This document shows, one piece after another, positions 1 to 7,706 of a stretch of DNA of 32,000 bases. The translations under genes and the position numbers were made by a program. The notes below the pieces were generated by a model. The model did no database searches. It saw only the letters and a list, made by a program, of their open reading frames with translations, and had not been told where the DNA came from. Numbering within the stretch: the stretch's first letter is position 1; every line of letters starts with the position of its first letter. The DNA comes from Cylindrospermopsis raciborskii Cr2010 (lineage in GTDB: Bacteria > Cyanobacteriota > Cyanobacteriia > Cyanobacteriales > Nostocaceae), in assembly GCF_003367075.2 (NCBI RefSeq), contig NZ_CP065936.1, positions 1,620,001 through 1,652,000 of the forward strand. The letters are read 5' to 3'.

Positions 1-105
1 GATATTAAGGGAGATTACGCTTTAGTGAAGTTTGGTAAAGTGCCCACGCCAAATATTTGGTTGAAGCTAGACCAATTAACTATACAACAAGACGCGGCTT
101 CTTAG
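1..105 (+). CDS. 3' end of an unidentified CDS, 5'-truncated by the window edge
   Basis: Frame +1 is open from base 1 to TAG at 103-105 ([34 protein letters not shown]). It is too short to assign a family. It is convergent with the HlyD-like gene. Confidence 0.25.
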   Translation, partial: DIKGDYALVKFGKVPTPNIWLKLDQLTIQQDAAS

Positions 106-118
106 TCTTATGTCAGTT

Positions 119-151
119 GTAGGAGGGTAAAAGTATAATTCAACCTCCTGC
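119..151. terminator. Inverted repeat between convergent genes (weak terminator candidate)
   Basis: GTAGGAGG (119-126) pairs with CCTCCTGC (144-151) around a 17-nt loop, with one T-G pair. No clear T-run follows on either strand. Confidence 0.25.
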
Positions 152-176
152 AATATGTTCAGAGATGACTAACCTG

Positions 177-1742
177 TTACCTTACTTCCTGCAAGCTCTC
201 AACTTGCTTAGTAAACATTTCCGTAAACAAACTCATAACGCTCCGTTCCTCACGCACTTTGATATTAGCAGTAATGGCCATACCAGACTGTAAAGGAATA
301 CTTCTACCTTGAGATTCCATAGCTTGTTTATCTAAACTAACTCGCGCTGGAAAGCGATAAAACTGATGGGTCTGGTCAGGAGGTAAAGCATCTGAACCGA
401 TATTAGTTACTTTACCTTTGATATCACCAAACTCACTAAAGGGGAACGAATCAATTCTCACATCCACCTTCATTCCCTCCTTCACAAATCCAATATCCTT
501 ATTGGTGATAAATACCTCCGCTATATATTTATCATTGGGGACAATCTGTAATAGCTTTTGGGTAGGATTGGCGACAAAACCGGGGTTTTTTGCTTGCATG
601 TCAAATATTATCCCTGATACGGGCGCACGCAGTTCTTGATATTTAACGTTTAATTTGGTTTGGGAAATTTTGCTACTAATATCTGCCAACTTCTGCTCAT
701 TGTCTAAAATTATTCTCATAAACTGGCTGTCTATTTCGGCAATGCGCTTCTTGTTAGTAGCAATTTCTTCCAAGACATTTTTGTCAGTCACTGCTATGGT
801 ATTGGTCACCTCTTGTTCTGCTCTTTGAATATCGAAGCCCAGGCGTTTTTCTTCTTCTTCTAACTGGGCTATTTCCGCTTTTAAATTTTGTACTTGTTGT
901 TGCTGATTGAGATATTGCAGTTGAGAAATTCCCCCCTCTTTGGCCAGGACTTCTACCCTATCTAAGATTCCTTGTTGAATGGACAGACTGTTTTGTGTGT
1001 CCTTTCTCTTAACTATTGTTTGAGACAGTTGCTTTCTAATTTTTTCTACCTCAAATTTAGCTGCATTAGAGCGAGATTCCAGCTCTTTTCTAGCTACAAT
1101 TAGTCTTTTTTGTTCATCAATTCCAACTCCTGTTTCTGGTCTGGAATTTCCCAATTGTGAACGTAACAGTTGGTTTTCTTCCACCAGAGAAATGCGACTT
1201 TTTAACAAAAATGCCGACTCTGCTGGTAGACTACCACCCAGAAAATTCAGTTCTGAGCTAATAGCACCGCTTGCATTCATCAAACGACGATAGATGTCAT
1301 TTTCCTTGATTAAAGCAGCACGAACTTTATTGAGGGCGCCCAGCTCAGCTAGGGTAGCAACGGATTCAAATGTTAATAATAGATCCCCTGGTTTCACCTC
1401 TTGTCCATCTTTGACATGAACAGACTTCACCACCCCACTAATGGGTGCTTGTACATCTTTTACCGTACCCTCTGGTTTTAATTGTCCTGTAGCGGGAACT
1501 ACTTGTTCAATTTTTGCATAATAAGCCCAACCCACTCCAAAACAGGCCACAAGCATCAAAGTAATCATGATTGTGCGTGACCAGATGGGTGATTGTCGTA
1601 AAACTATGGATTGTTCAAAGCTGTCTTGATAAGCATAACTTAAATTCCCTGCTTTGGCTTTTGATGGGGTTTGAAGCACTCCTATACTAGCTGGTTTGCC
1701 ATTACCATTGCCATTAGTTGGATGATCATTAAATTGACTCAT
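177..1742 (-). CDS. HlyD-family membrane fusion (periplasmic adaptor) protein of a type I secretion system
   Basis: 521-aa ORF with one N-terminal TM segment (IMITLMLVACFGVGWAYYA). It has a biotinyl/lipoyl-like hairpin (GQLKPEGTVKDVQAPISGVVKSVHVKDGQEVKPGDLL), a long coiled-coil middle and a C-terminal beta-barrel region (VDVRIDSFPFSEFG). It starts 28 bp downstream of the ABC gene. Confidence 0.9.
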   Translation of the reverse strand: MSQFNDHPTNGNGNGKPASIGVLQTPSKAKAGNLSYAYQDSFEQSIVLRQSPIWSRTIMITLMLVACFGVGWAYYAKIEQVVPATGQLKPEGTVKDVQAPISGVVKSVHVKDGQEVKPGDLLLTFESVATLAELGALNKVRAALIKENDIYRRLMNASGAISSELNFLGGSLPAESAFLLKSRISLVEENQLLRSQLGNSRPETGVGIDEQKRLIVARKELESRSNAAKFEVEKIRKQLSQTIVKRKDTQNSLSIQQGILDRVEVLAKEGGISQLQYLNQQQQVQNLKAEIAQLEEEEKRLGFDIQRAEQEVTNTIAVTDKNVLEEIATNKKRIAEIDSQFMRIILDNEQKLADISSKISQTKLNVKYQELRAPVSGIIFDMQAKNPGFVANPTQKLLQIVPNDKYIAEVFITNKDIGFVKEGMKVDVRIDSFPFSEFGDIKGKVTNIGSDALPPDQTHQFYRFPARVSLDKQAMESQGRSIPLQSGMAITANIKVREERSVMSLFTEMFTKQVESLQEVR

Positions 1743-1770
1743 AAGGTTCCTTGGGTTGGTTGAGTGATAA

Positions 1771-4700
1771 TTAGAGGTTGACTTCCTGTTGCTGGTAAAG
1801 GTAGGAATAGTGTCCTTTAGCAGTCATTAGTTCCTGATGACTACCCTGCTCCACCACTCTACCCCCATCCATAACTACAATCGTATCTGAATTACTGACG
1901 GTATTGAGACGATGGGTAATGAAGAAAACTGTCTTGCCACGAAATGCCTTGGCTAAATTTAAACATATTTGCCTTTCTGTGGGATAGTCTAGGGCACTTG
2001 TGGCTTCGTCTAAAACTAATATTTTAGGTTTTTGCAGTATGGAACGAGCAATGGCAATTCTTTGTCTTTGTCCTCCAGACAGGTTCGACCCTTTTTCCCC
2101 AACTTTGGTGTTATAACCATTGGACAGACCCATGATAAATTCATGAGCAACTGCTATTTGAGCTGCTTCTACCACTTCCTCTGTGGTAGCGTCAGGATTG
2201 GTTAGGGCTATATTATCGAATACTGTTCCATCAAATAACAGGGGATCTTGGGGAACCACGCCGATTTGTCTTCTGACGGAATAAAGCTCAACCTTGTTGA
2301 CATCGTAACCATCAATAAAAATTCTCCCAGACTCAATGTTATAAAGTCTGAGGAGTAATTTCATCATGGTGCTTTTTCCTGAGCCACTTTGTCCCACAAT
2401 CCCCACAAATGTGCCCGCTGGAAAATCTAAACTGACGTTATTTAGTTGCAGGGGTCCGTTAGTCGCAAAGCGGAAGCAAACATTTTCATATTTGACCGCA
2501 CCAACAACACTAGGTAGGGGAATATTATCTTTGTCTACTTCTGCTTCCTGAGGTGTGTCCACAATATCGCTCAATCTCTCTAAGGACAAACCTGTTTCTT
2601 GGAAGTTTTGCCAGATTTGCGCTAGTCTTAGTATGGGACTGGTAACATAACTAGAAATAATTCTAAAGGCAATTAATTCCCCTAGGGTTAATTCTCCTTG
2701 TAAAACTAAATAAGCTCCTACCCACAGCACTAACAAGCTACTTAGTTTATTCAGAAACTGACTGGTGGAATTGGCTAATGTTGATGTGATAACTGTTTTA
2801 AAACCTGCGGAAACAAACTTGGCATAACGCTCTTGCCAAGAAAAGCGCGATCGCAGTTCAATATTTTGGGCCTTTACCGTTTGAATACCAGACATTACCT
2901 CCACTAAATAGGACTGGGTAGTGGCATTGCGTTCTGCTTTGGTGCGCAATTGTCTGCTAACGGTAGGAGCAGCAATTAATGTAATCACGACAAAGAGGGG
3001 AATAGTTCCCAGTCCCACCAAAGTTAGTTCCCAACTATAAAACAGCATAACGACGATATAAACCACCGAAAATACTGCGTCTAGTCCAACTGTCAAAGCT
3101 GTTCCTGTGAGGAACTGGCGAATATTTTCCAACTCATTCACTCGAGTAGCTAATTCTCCCACGGGTCTGCGTTCAAAATAACGCAGTGGTAGTCTGAGTA
3201 AATGGTCAATAATTTGTGAACCTAAACCCATATCAATTCGGTTAGTGGTATCCACAAATAAATAGGTTCGTAAAGTAGTTAATATAGCTTCAAACACACC
3301 AACAGCTAATAGTAACACCCCCAAAACATTCAGGGTACTAATACTATTTTGTACTATGACTTTATCGATAATTAACTGAATAACCAGTGGATTTGCCAAT
3401 GCGGCCAGTTGTACAAAAAATGAAGCGATAAAGACTTCTATTAAAACCCGGCGGTAACGTGATAAGTAGGGGAGAAACCAACGTAGTCCAAAGCGTTCTT
3501 GAGGAGTTTCGGAGGTGGGACTAATCTGGAGGACTTTGATTTGAGGTTGTAGATTAGTATCATCGGTTGGTATTTGCTGTAGGAGTTTGCTGGGTTTATA
3601 GTTGATTATTCCCCGGGATGGAATAGCTACAACTATTCTATTTTCATCTGCTTCATAAACCACAGCGTAACCATCCTGGTGCTGGATAATAGCTGGTGTC
3701 TGAATCTCCGTAATTTTAGTGGCATCAATATCTACTAACTGGGATTTTAACCCAACGACTTCCCCCACATAGGCGCAAAGTTGAAAAGATACATTACCTT
3801 GGCGTTTAAGGTTATCACTTAAAATCCTACGAACTACCTCCTTACGCAGGGGAACCTGGAAATGTTTCGCCAGCATTTGAAAGCAAGCCAAGGTAGAATC
3901 TAGTTCATCTCGCCCCCCAAAAAAAGGATATTTCGGTTGTTTTTTTCTGGATTTTGCTTTTTTATTTTCCTGGGGGGAAAATTCTCCCTTTGTGGCAAAG
4001 GGAATATCTATAACATCTTTGGTTTCCCATGGATCTTCTATCTTTTCTAGTTCCCTATTCTCTTGTTGTTCCAACAACAATAACACTTGAGAACTAATAC
4101 CTAATAACCGGGCTGGACTTTTTCCTGTAACCTGTAAAACCTCTCGATTGTTGCTCGATAGTATCTGAGAATTCACAGGGAAATTTGTAATCTGACCACT
4201 ACTCACAAACCATGTTCTATCACTTTCTAGTTGGTCTAATGGAGTTTTTCCTGGTGGTAAATATTGGATTTTAGACTCTGGTAAAATATCTCGGGTTATA
4301 TCCTTCAAATTCAGATTTCCATAGGCTTTTTGAGCTACATGATGGCTGATCACATCAAAAACCTCTATGATGTGATTTTCTTCTTGGCGCTCCTTGCCAA
4401 AATCAGAGTTTTGAGAAAATACCGATAGATAATCTACGGGGTTCCAGGTTAAACATATTACCTCCGTTGAGGCGATCGCCGTTTCACATGCTATCTGTCG
4501 CAGGTAACTAATTTCGCCAATTACTGCTCCTGGTTCCAACATTTTGAGGGTAATTGGCAATTGGCTTTGGGGATGATATCCCAGGAGTCTCACCTTACCC
4601 TGGTAAACAATTACTATCCGTTCCGGTAGTTGTTCCTTACCGATAATTTTCTGACCCAACCGATAACGCAGGGCCTGTTGTTTTGACAATAAATGGTTAA

Positions 4701-4776
4701 TTTCCGTTGGGGATAATTTTTCAAACCCCGGAATTTTTTGCAGAAATTCCGAAAACTCCTGACTGCTGTAGTTCAT
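1771..4776 (-). CDS. ABC exporter with an N-terminal cyclic-nucleotide-binding-like domain and a degenerate C39 peptidase-like domain (type I secretion ABC component)
   Basis: 1001-aa ORF. A cNMP-binding-like segment spans about aa 13-120 (FEKLSPTEINHLL...GAVIGEISYL). A C39-like segment spans about aa 285-400 (ELDSTLACFQMLAKHF). Then comes a six-TM ABC membrane domain. The NBD has Walker A GQSGSGKST, signature LSGGQRQRIAIAR and Walker B ILVLDEATSALD. Confidence 0.9.
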   Translation of the reverse strand: MNYSSQEFSEFLQKIPGFEKLSPTEINHLLSKQQALRYRLGQKIIGKEQLPERIVIVYQGKVRLLGYHPQSQLPITLKMLEPGAVIGEISYLRQIACETAIASTEVICLTWNPVDYLSVFSQNSDFGKERQEENHIIEVFDVISHHVAQKAYGNLNLKDITRDILPESKIQYLPPGKTPLDQLESDRTWFVSSGQITNFPVNSQILSSNNREVLQVTGKSPARLLGISSQVLLLLEQQENRELEKIEDPWETKDVIDIPFATKGEFSPQENKKAKSRKKQPKYPFFGGRDELDSTLACFQMLAKHFQVPLRKEVVRRILSDNLKRQGNVSFQLCAYVGEVVGLKSQLVDIDATKITEIQTPAIIQHQDGYAVVYEADENRIVVAIPSRGIINYKPSKLLQQIPTDDTNLQPQIKVLQISPTSETPQERFGLRWFLPYLSRYRRVLIEVFIASFFVQLAALANPLVIQLIIDKVIVQNSISTLNVLGVLLLAVGVFEAILTTLRTYLFVDTTNRIDMGLGSQIIDHLLRLPLRYFERRPVGELATRVNELENIRQFLTGTALTVGLDAVFSVVYIVVMLFYSWELTLVGLGTIPLFVVITLIAAPTVSRQLRTKAERNATTQSYLVEVMSGIQTVKAQNIELRSRFSWQERYAKFVSAGFKTVITSTLANSTSQFLNKLSSLLVLWVGAYLVLQGELTLGELIAFRIISSYVTSPILRLAQIWQNFQETGLSLERLSDIVDTPQEAEVDKDNIPLPSVVGAVKYENVCFRFATNGPLQLNNVSLDFPAGTFVGIVGQSGSGKSTMMKLLLRLYNIESGRIFIDGYDVNKVELYSVRRQIGVVPQDPLLFDGTVFDNIALTNPDATTEEVVEAAQIAVAHEFIMGLSNGYNTKVGEKGSNLSGGQRQRIAIARSILQKPKILVLDEATSALDYPTERQICLNLAKAFRGKTVFFITHRLNTVSNSDTIVVMDGGRVVEQGSHQELMTAKGHYSYLYQQQEVNL

Positions 4777-4815
4777 ACTGATTAAGTGTAATTAAGTGCA
4801 GGGTTAGTCATTTAA

Positions 4816-5547
4816 TTAATTTTCTGACTCTTTAATTTGCCAGTTTTGGGGTGAAACTTGTGCTTGTAACCAGGACTGAAACCGCTCATTGAGCAACCTT
4901 TGGCGCATCCCATTATCTAACTGGGCGGGCAATAATTTTTCTAGCCGCACTATCACTATCCAATCTCCTATGGGGGTTGGTAGTGATAGCTGCTGGGGTT
5001 GACTTGTGGATAAAATTCTCACCAATAGTGGATGAAGAGACTGTAATTCCACTGGACCGACTAATCCGCCAGTTTGAGCTTCCGGTCCTTGAGAGTATTC
5101 CTGGGCAAGTTGGTTAAACGACTGCTCCCCTTCTTGAATACGAAAATATATTTCTTGGGCAATACCAATATCAGCAGTGGTAATTAGGGAGTATATAACC
5201 CTATCTAATTGGGGTTTACGTTGGTAAAAGTACGAGTCTATCTCTTTTGCCCAAGTCACCTCCTTAAACTTTTCGAGTTTTAGTTGACGAGTCGCCATAC
5301 TTTGTAACTGTTCTTGACTTATTCCCTGTTCTTTTTGTCCCTGATATTGTTGATTTAACTTTTCATAGGCCAATTGCTCCTCCTCCGGTGTAGAAGAAAT
5401 CTGGGCGATCGCCTGTTCTATAATCACCTCTTTAAGCAGTGGTGGTATTAATTGGTACTTATTCAATAATTTTAGTACTTCTGGGGCGGTCAGTGTATGA
5501 TAACTTTCCTGTCCAGAGACGTTGCCAAATTGTAGAACTGGATTCAT
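4816..5547 (-). CDS. Parvulin/PpiC-type peptidyl-prolyl isomerase-like protein (SurA-like N-terminal region), first gene of the secretion operon
   Basis: 243-aa ORF. The C-terminal half resembles a rotamase domain (IAQEIYFRIQEGEQSFNQLAQEYSQGPEAQTGGLVGPV...GDWIVIVRLEKLLPAQLD). It lies 39 bp upstream of, and co-directional with, the ABC gene. Confidence 0.65.
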   Translation of the reverse strand: MNPVLQFGNVSGQESYHTLTAPEVLKLLNKYQLIPPLLKEVIIEQAIAQISSTPEEEQLAYEKLNQQYQGQKEQGISQEQLQSMATRQLKLEKFKEVTWAKEIDSYFYQRKPQLDRVIYSLITTADIGIAQEIYFRIQEGEQSFNQLAQEYSQGPEAQTGGLVGPVELQSLHPLLVRILSTSQPQQLSLPTPIGDWIVIVRLEKLLPAQLDNGMRQRLLNERFQSWLQAQVSPQNWQIKESEN

Positions 5548-5839
5548 ATCATTAATATCAGCAGATTTACTTATGGTTGCAAAAATCAGCCCAAACTTTT
5601 TACCGCAAATTTATCTAAGTGTTAAGTTTATTGTCAGTTCATTGCATGATTTTACTCTCCAAATTATGTGTAGCCAAGTAGGTTTAGTGGGAAAAAAACA
5701 TATAGTCTGTCAATTTTAAGTAACAGATACACCAGTGTTTACAAAGCACTTCATCAACCTATCACAACTTAGGCAAATTGTCAGCTGGATTTGGCATTTT
5801 GGCAGAAAATACTGCGGCTAATCTTAAATAACTTCGTTT

Positions 5840-7375
5840 TTAACCGGGATAAAGACAAAAGGTATTACCACCACATCTTTTAGCTCCTATAAGTGCCTGA
5901 TTAGCAGTATTTAAGAGTTTTTGAACCGTAGACCTGGACCTGGGTAATGTACCAGTAATACCAAGGCTAAGTGAGACTTCTACCGTACCAACCACAGTTT
6001 GATGAAGATCATGGGCAAGACGCACGGTAGCATCCAAAGACATATTCGGCAATAGAACACCAAAGCTCCCCTGGTTATAGTAAGTAAAGCAACTAGGTGG
6101 GTAAATGTATTTACGTATAACTAAAGCAATTTGACGGAGATTAGAGCTATTTTTTGTTGTCCCTTGATTTACATCAAAGTTATCAATAGCACAAAAAATC
6201 AAACTTAATGGCAGACCATCAGAACTTAGCATTTGCCATTCTCGATTAAGAACAGCAAGGAAATCCTGGGGGTGAACCATATAGGGAACATCAGAAAAAA
6301 TGCTGAAATTGTGATTTGTTTTTTCTCTTTCTTGGGTAACTTCCCACTCTAAAGCATGGATGAGGGAATCAATTGCCTGAATGTCTACATTAGTCAAAGA
6401 TTCCTTCACCAGAATATTCTCCATTTTAGCGGCTAATTGGGAACATTGGGGGTAGCCGAAAGTACCTAAGCTACCGGACAAACTGTGGGTCATTCTCATC
6501 AGATATTGCTGTTGTTGACCATTAGTTATTTCTGTTTCCAATTTAACAAGTTCCGCTCTTATGTTCCCAATTTTATTGGATAAGGATATTTCAAATTCTG
6601 CCTTAACTTGTTCAATTAAATCCAGTTCTTCACCTATACTAGAATCTGTTATTGGTAAGCTTGTTTGGGTTGGTATAGTTTCTACCCGTTCTAATTCCCT
6701 TTTGCTTGTAAGACGATAGCCCAGTCCATGAACAGTTTCAATCACTTCCTCCTGCATCCCAGCTTTTTTAAGTTTCCCTCGCAGATCCTTAACCAAATTA
6801 GTCACTGCACCATCCGTAGGAGAATTATCTATTGACCATAATTTGTCTATGATCTGACCCCGGGTAAAGATTTTTTGTGGGTGGCGTAAAAATAATTCTA
6901 AAAGCTGAAATTCCCTGCGACTAAGGTTAATACTTAATTCATCATACTTTACTTCTATTAACTCAGGATTAAGTGAAAGCTTATTATGTATTAATGTAAT
7001 AAGACCAGGCTTAGCACCAATTCTTCTAGAGCAAGACCTAATTCGTGCCAGTAATTCATGAATACAGTATGGTTTAATCAAATAGTCATCCGCTCCAGCA
7101 TCTAGTCCGATAATAATATCTTCTTGTGTAGTTTTTGAGGTTACCATAATAATTTGACCTTGATAACCCTTATGGCGCAGCGTGTGACACAAACTTAGCC
7201 CATCTAATTTGGGCATAAGTATATCCAGTAGAATCAGGTCATAATTGAACTGATATCCCATTTCTAGACCCATTTCACCATCAGTAGCTATATCCACCAC
7301 ATAGCGATGGGCAACCAGTGAGGTTTTAACAAGTTGACATAGGGATGTATCATCATCTACGATCAGGATTTTCAT
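5840..7375 (-). CDS. Multidomain response regulator: REC, OmpR-type winged-helix DNA-binding domain, HPt domain and degenerate GGDEF domain
   Basis: The ATG at 7375 gives MKILIVDDD; the track's start at 7390 is a TTG. The REC domain shows DLILLDILMPKLDG and LIKP. The wHTH shows LSRREFQLLELFLRHPQKIFTRGQIIDKLW...VHGLGYRL. The HPt motif is MTHSLSGSLGTFGYPQCSQLAAKMENIL. The C-terminal GGDEF-like fold has NQGSF where GGDEF is expected (YYNQGSFGVLLP...SLSLGI...ANQALIGAKRCGGNTF). Confidence 0.85.
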   Translation of the reverse strand: MKILIVDDDTSLCQLVKTSLVAHRYVVDIATDGEMGLEMGYQFNYDLILLDILMPKLDGLSLCHTLRHKGYQGQIIMVTSKTTQEDIIIGLDAGADDYLIKPYCIHELLARIRSCSRRIGAKPGLITLIHNKLSLNPELIEVKYDELSINLSRREFQLLELFLRHPQKIFTRGQIIDKLWSIDNSPTDGAVTNLVKDLRGKLKKAGMQEEVIETVHGLGYRLTSKRELERVETIPTQTSLPITDSSIGEELDLIEQVKAEFEISLSNKIGNIRAELVKLETEITNGQQQQYLMRMTHSLSGSLGTFGYPQCSQLAAKMENILVKESLTNVDIQAIDSLIHALEWEVTQEREKTNHNFSIFSDVPYMVHPQDFLAVLNREWQMLSSDGLPLSLIFCAIDNFDVNQGTTKNSSNLRQIALVIRKYIYPPSCFTYYNQGSFGVLLPNMSLDATVRLAHDLHQTVVGTVEVSLSLGITGTLPRSRSTVQKLLNTANQALIGAKRCGGNTFCLYPG

Positions 7376-7627
7376 AATCAAGATTAACAATTGAATTAAA
7401 CAAGACTTTTTGTTGGTTATATAGATCCGCCTATTATCCCTATGGTGATTTTACTTTACAGAAGTGCTCCCATTTTTAGTAATGGTTAATCAAAGTCACT
7501 AGCTGATCCCCAAATTATCCTAAATTTGCATCAATTTAATGCAACTAGCGTTTTAGTCGTTGTTAGTGCAAGTGTTTTAATTTCACCCGCTTTTGCAGTA
7601 GATCTGATTTAACACTACTCCTGCAGT

Positions 7628-7668
7628 AGTTTTTCAGGCTACCATAGAGAGGTTCAAGATACAAGGAA
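7628..7668 (+). promoter_or_regulatory. Conserved leader/promoter-like block, copy 0 (upstream of HK1)
   Basis: The sequence is GTAGTTTTTCAGGCTACCATAGAGAGGTTCAAGATACAAGG. It aligns by eye with the blocks at 10506-10548 and 13385-13426. The shared core is T-run, GCTACCAT, about 9 nt, then CAAGATA(T/C)AA, with a -10-like hexamer TACAAG at 7660-7665. Confidence 0.4.
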
Positions 7669-7706
7669 GCTGATTCATTCCGTGACCAATTTTTCGGATT
7701 ATCTCT

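Noticed and set aside
5522-5839. Search for a GG-leader bacteriocin-type precursor or other cargo ORF upstream of the secretion operon, including ORF 5522-5719 (+).
   Set aside because: Only 11-12 codon minus-strand ORFs are present, without Gly-Gly motifs. The 65-aa plus-strand ORF overlaps the PPIase start and has no features of a secreted substrate.
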